A stretch of 59,100 nucleotides of DNA, the filler included, from Sphacelaria rigidula (Eukaryota): the NCBI GenBank assembly GCA_964200075.2. It is 9 parts of 9 records of this genome, joined end to end, with 100 filler letters (N's around TTAATTAATTAA, not from the genome) between each part and the next. Parts side by side here need not be neighbours in the genome. Positions count along the whole stretch, not along the records: positions 52,624 to 59,100 come from CAXNAA020019847.1; 8 more parts are not named here. One strand, written 5' to 3'. Positions within the stretch are counted from its first letter, which is position 1, and each line of letters begins with the position of its first letter. Both the position numbers and the translations under genes were made by a program. The notes below the pieces were generated by a model, which was not told where the DNA came from, did not search any database, and saw nothing but the letters and a program-made list of their open reading frames with translations. Of this stretch, positions 58,211 to 59,100 are shown one piece after another.

Positions 58211-59100
58211 TAACCCTAACCCAGAAGTTTCTATACGGCAACCCAAGCATGACGAGCTGTTGAAAAACAAACACCGTCATGGTACGGCATTGTTTCAACA
58301 GAAAAAATCCTGAAGGGACGGATGGTTTTCATGCAAAGCAGTCGTCCATTGTAACGGGTATAAACCGTTCAAGCGAGGAAATTTCGATCCCAAACAGGGA
58401 AAGATGTATTACAGTACCGCTGAATGCTATTCATGTTTCACTTCAAGCGATATTCCTCAAGTACCCCACAATTGTCACGAATCTCATCTGAATGGAGTGT
58501 GCCAGCACTTTTCCTCGGCAGTTCAGATCCCTTTGAGAACTACAGGAGAGGTTCGAAAAACCATACGATTGACCCTGAGCACACTACACCACATTATTTG
58601 TTACGGATCGCGGCGTGATGCGGTGGAAGGGGAACGGTACAATGATGGGTCGTTGATTCGGAACGAACATACGCGCCCGGAGGGCTGATCGCGGGAACTG
58701 GCTAGTACCTGCGGTCAGGGGTGAGGATGTTAAGTAATCCGTCAAGATACGGAGTACACAAACATGCATCTTACATCTGGTTGAATCCGATTCTTTCTAA
58801 GAATCGGTGCAATGCTATGATGCCCTGGTGTTCAGACTTTCTCGAGAAGACTCTGGCTATCAACACCACCAAGGAGCAAAAGAAATCGAATCACCTGAAG
58901 CTGTGAACAAGGATATCCTGACGATCGATGTGTACTGTACTGCGTCGGACTGTCTCCCCACGTGCTGTGAGCTTACGATTGTTACAAGGTCAACGGTGAG
59001 ACGGTTTGGAGCTTGAGTACTTTACGAACAGTTTTTTTTTTTGTCCCCAAAGGACAGAAAGGAACCGTTTACCCATACACTTCGCTATTTCTAGTTTCGT

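Overview
This window is not one locus. It is nine unrelated contigs of 6479, 6478 (x5) and 6477 (x3) bp, sorted by length and joined by identical 100-nt N44-TTAATTAATTAA-N44 spacers, so nothing can be inferred across a spacer. The DNA is repeat-rich, intron-rich and eukaryotic. It is most likely a brown alga (inference from the style of introns and repeats, not proven). Genes recognisable by manual splicing are: the first two exons of a SUT/SLC45-type (GPH family) sugar transporter (contig 1, minus); the last four exons of a MORN-repeat protein, where each full repeat sits on its own 69-nt phase-0 exon (contig 3); two J-domain exons with an unusually long loop after HPD (contig 8); and two very large low-complexity exons (contigs 6 and 7). 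The rest is dominated by non-autonomous elements: several foldback/MITE palindromes, mariner-, CACTA- and Harbinger-like termini, a tRNA-headed SINE (3 copies), LINE-type tails with (AATC)n and (TAA)n, and a G-run-headed module shared between different element types. There are also decayed MULE, CRE-like non-LTR, Ulp1-like and possibly piggyBac relics. I found no CRISPR array, rRNA or intact tRNA, and no convincing new multi-gene system. The best leads are the one-exon-per-repeat MORN gene and the modular G-run repeat head. Most ORFs in the supplied track are spurious.
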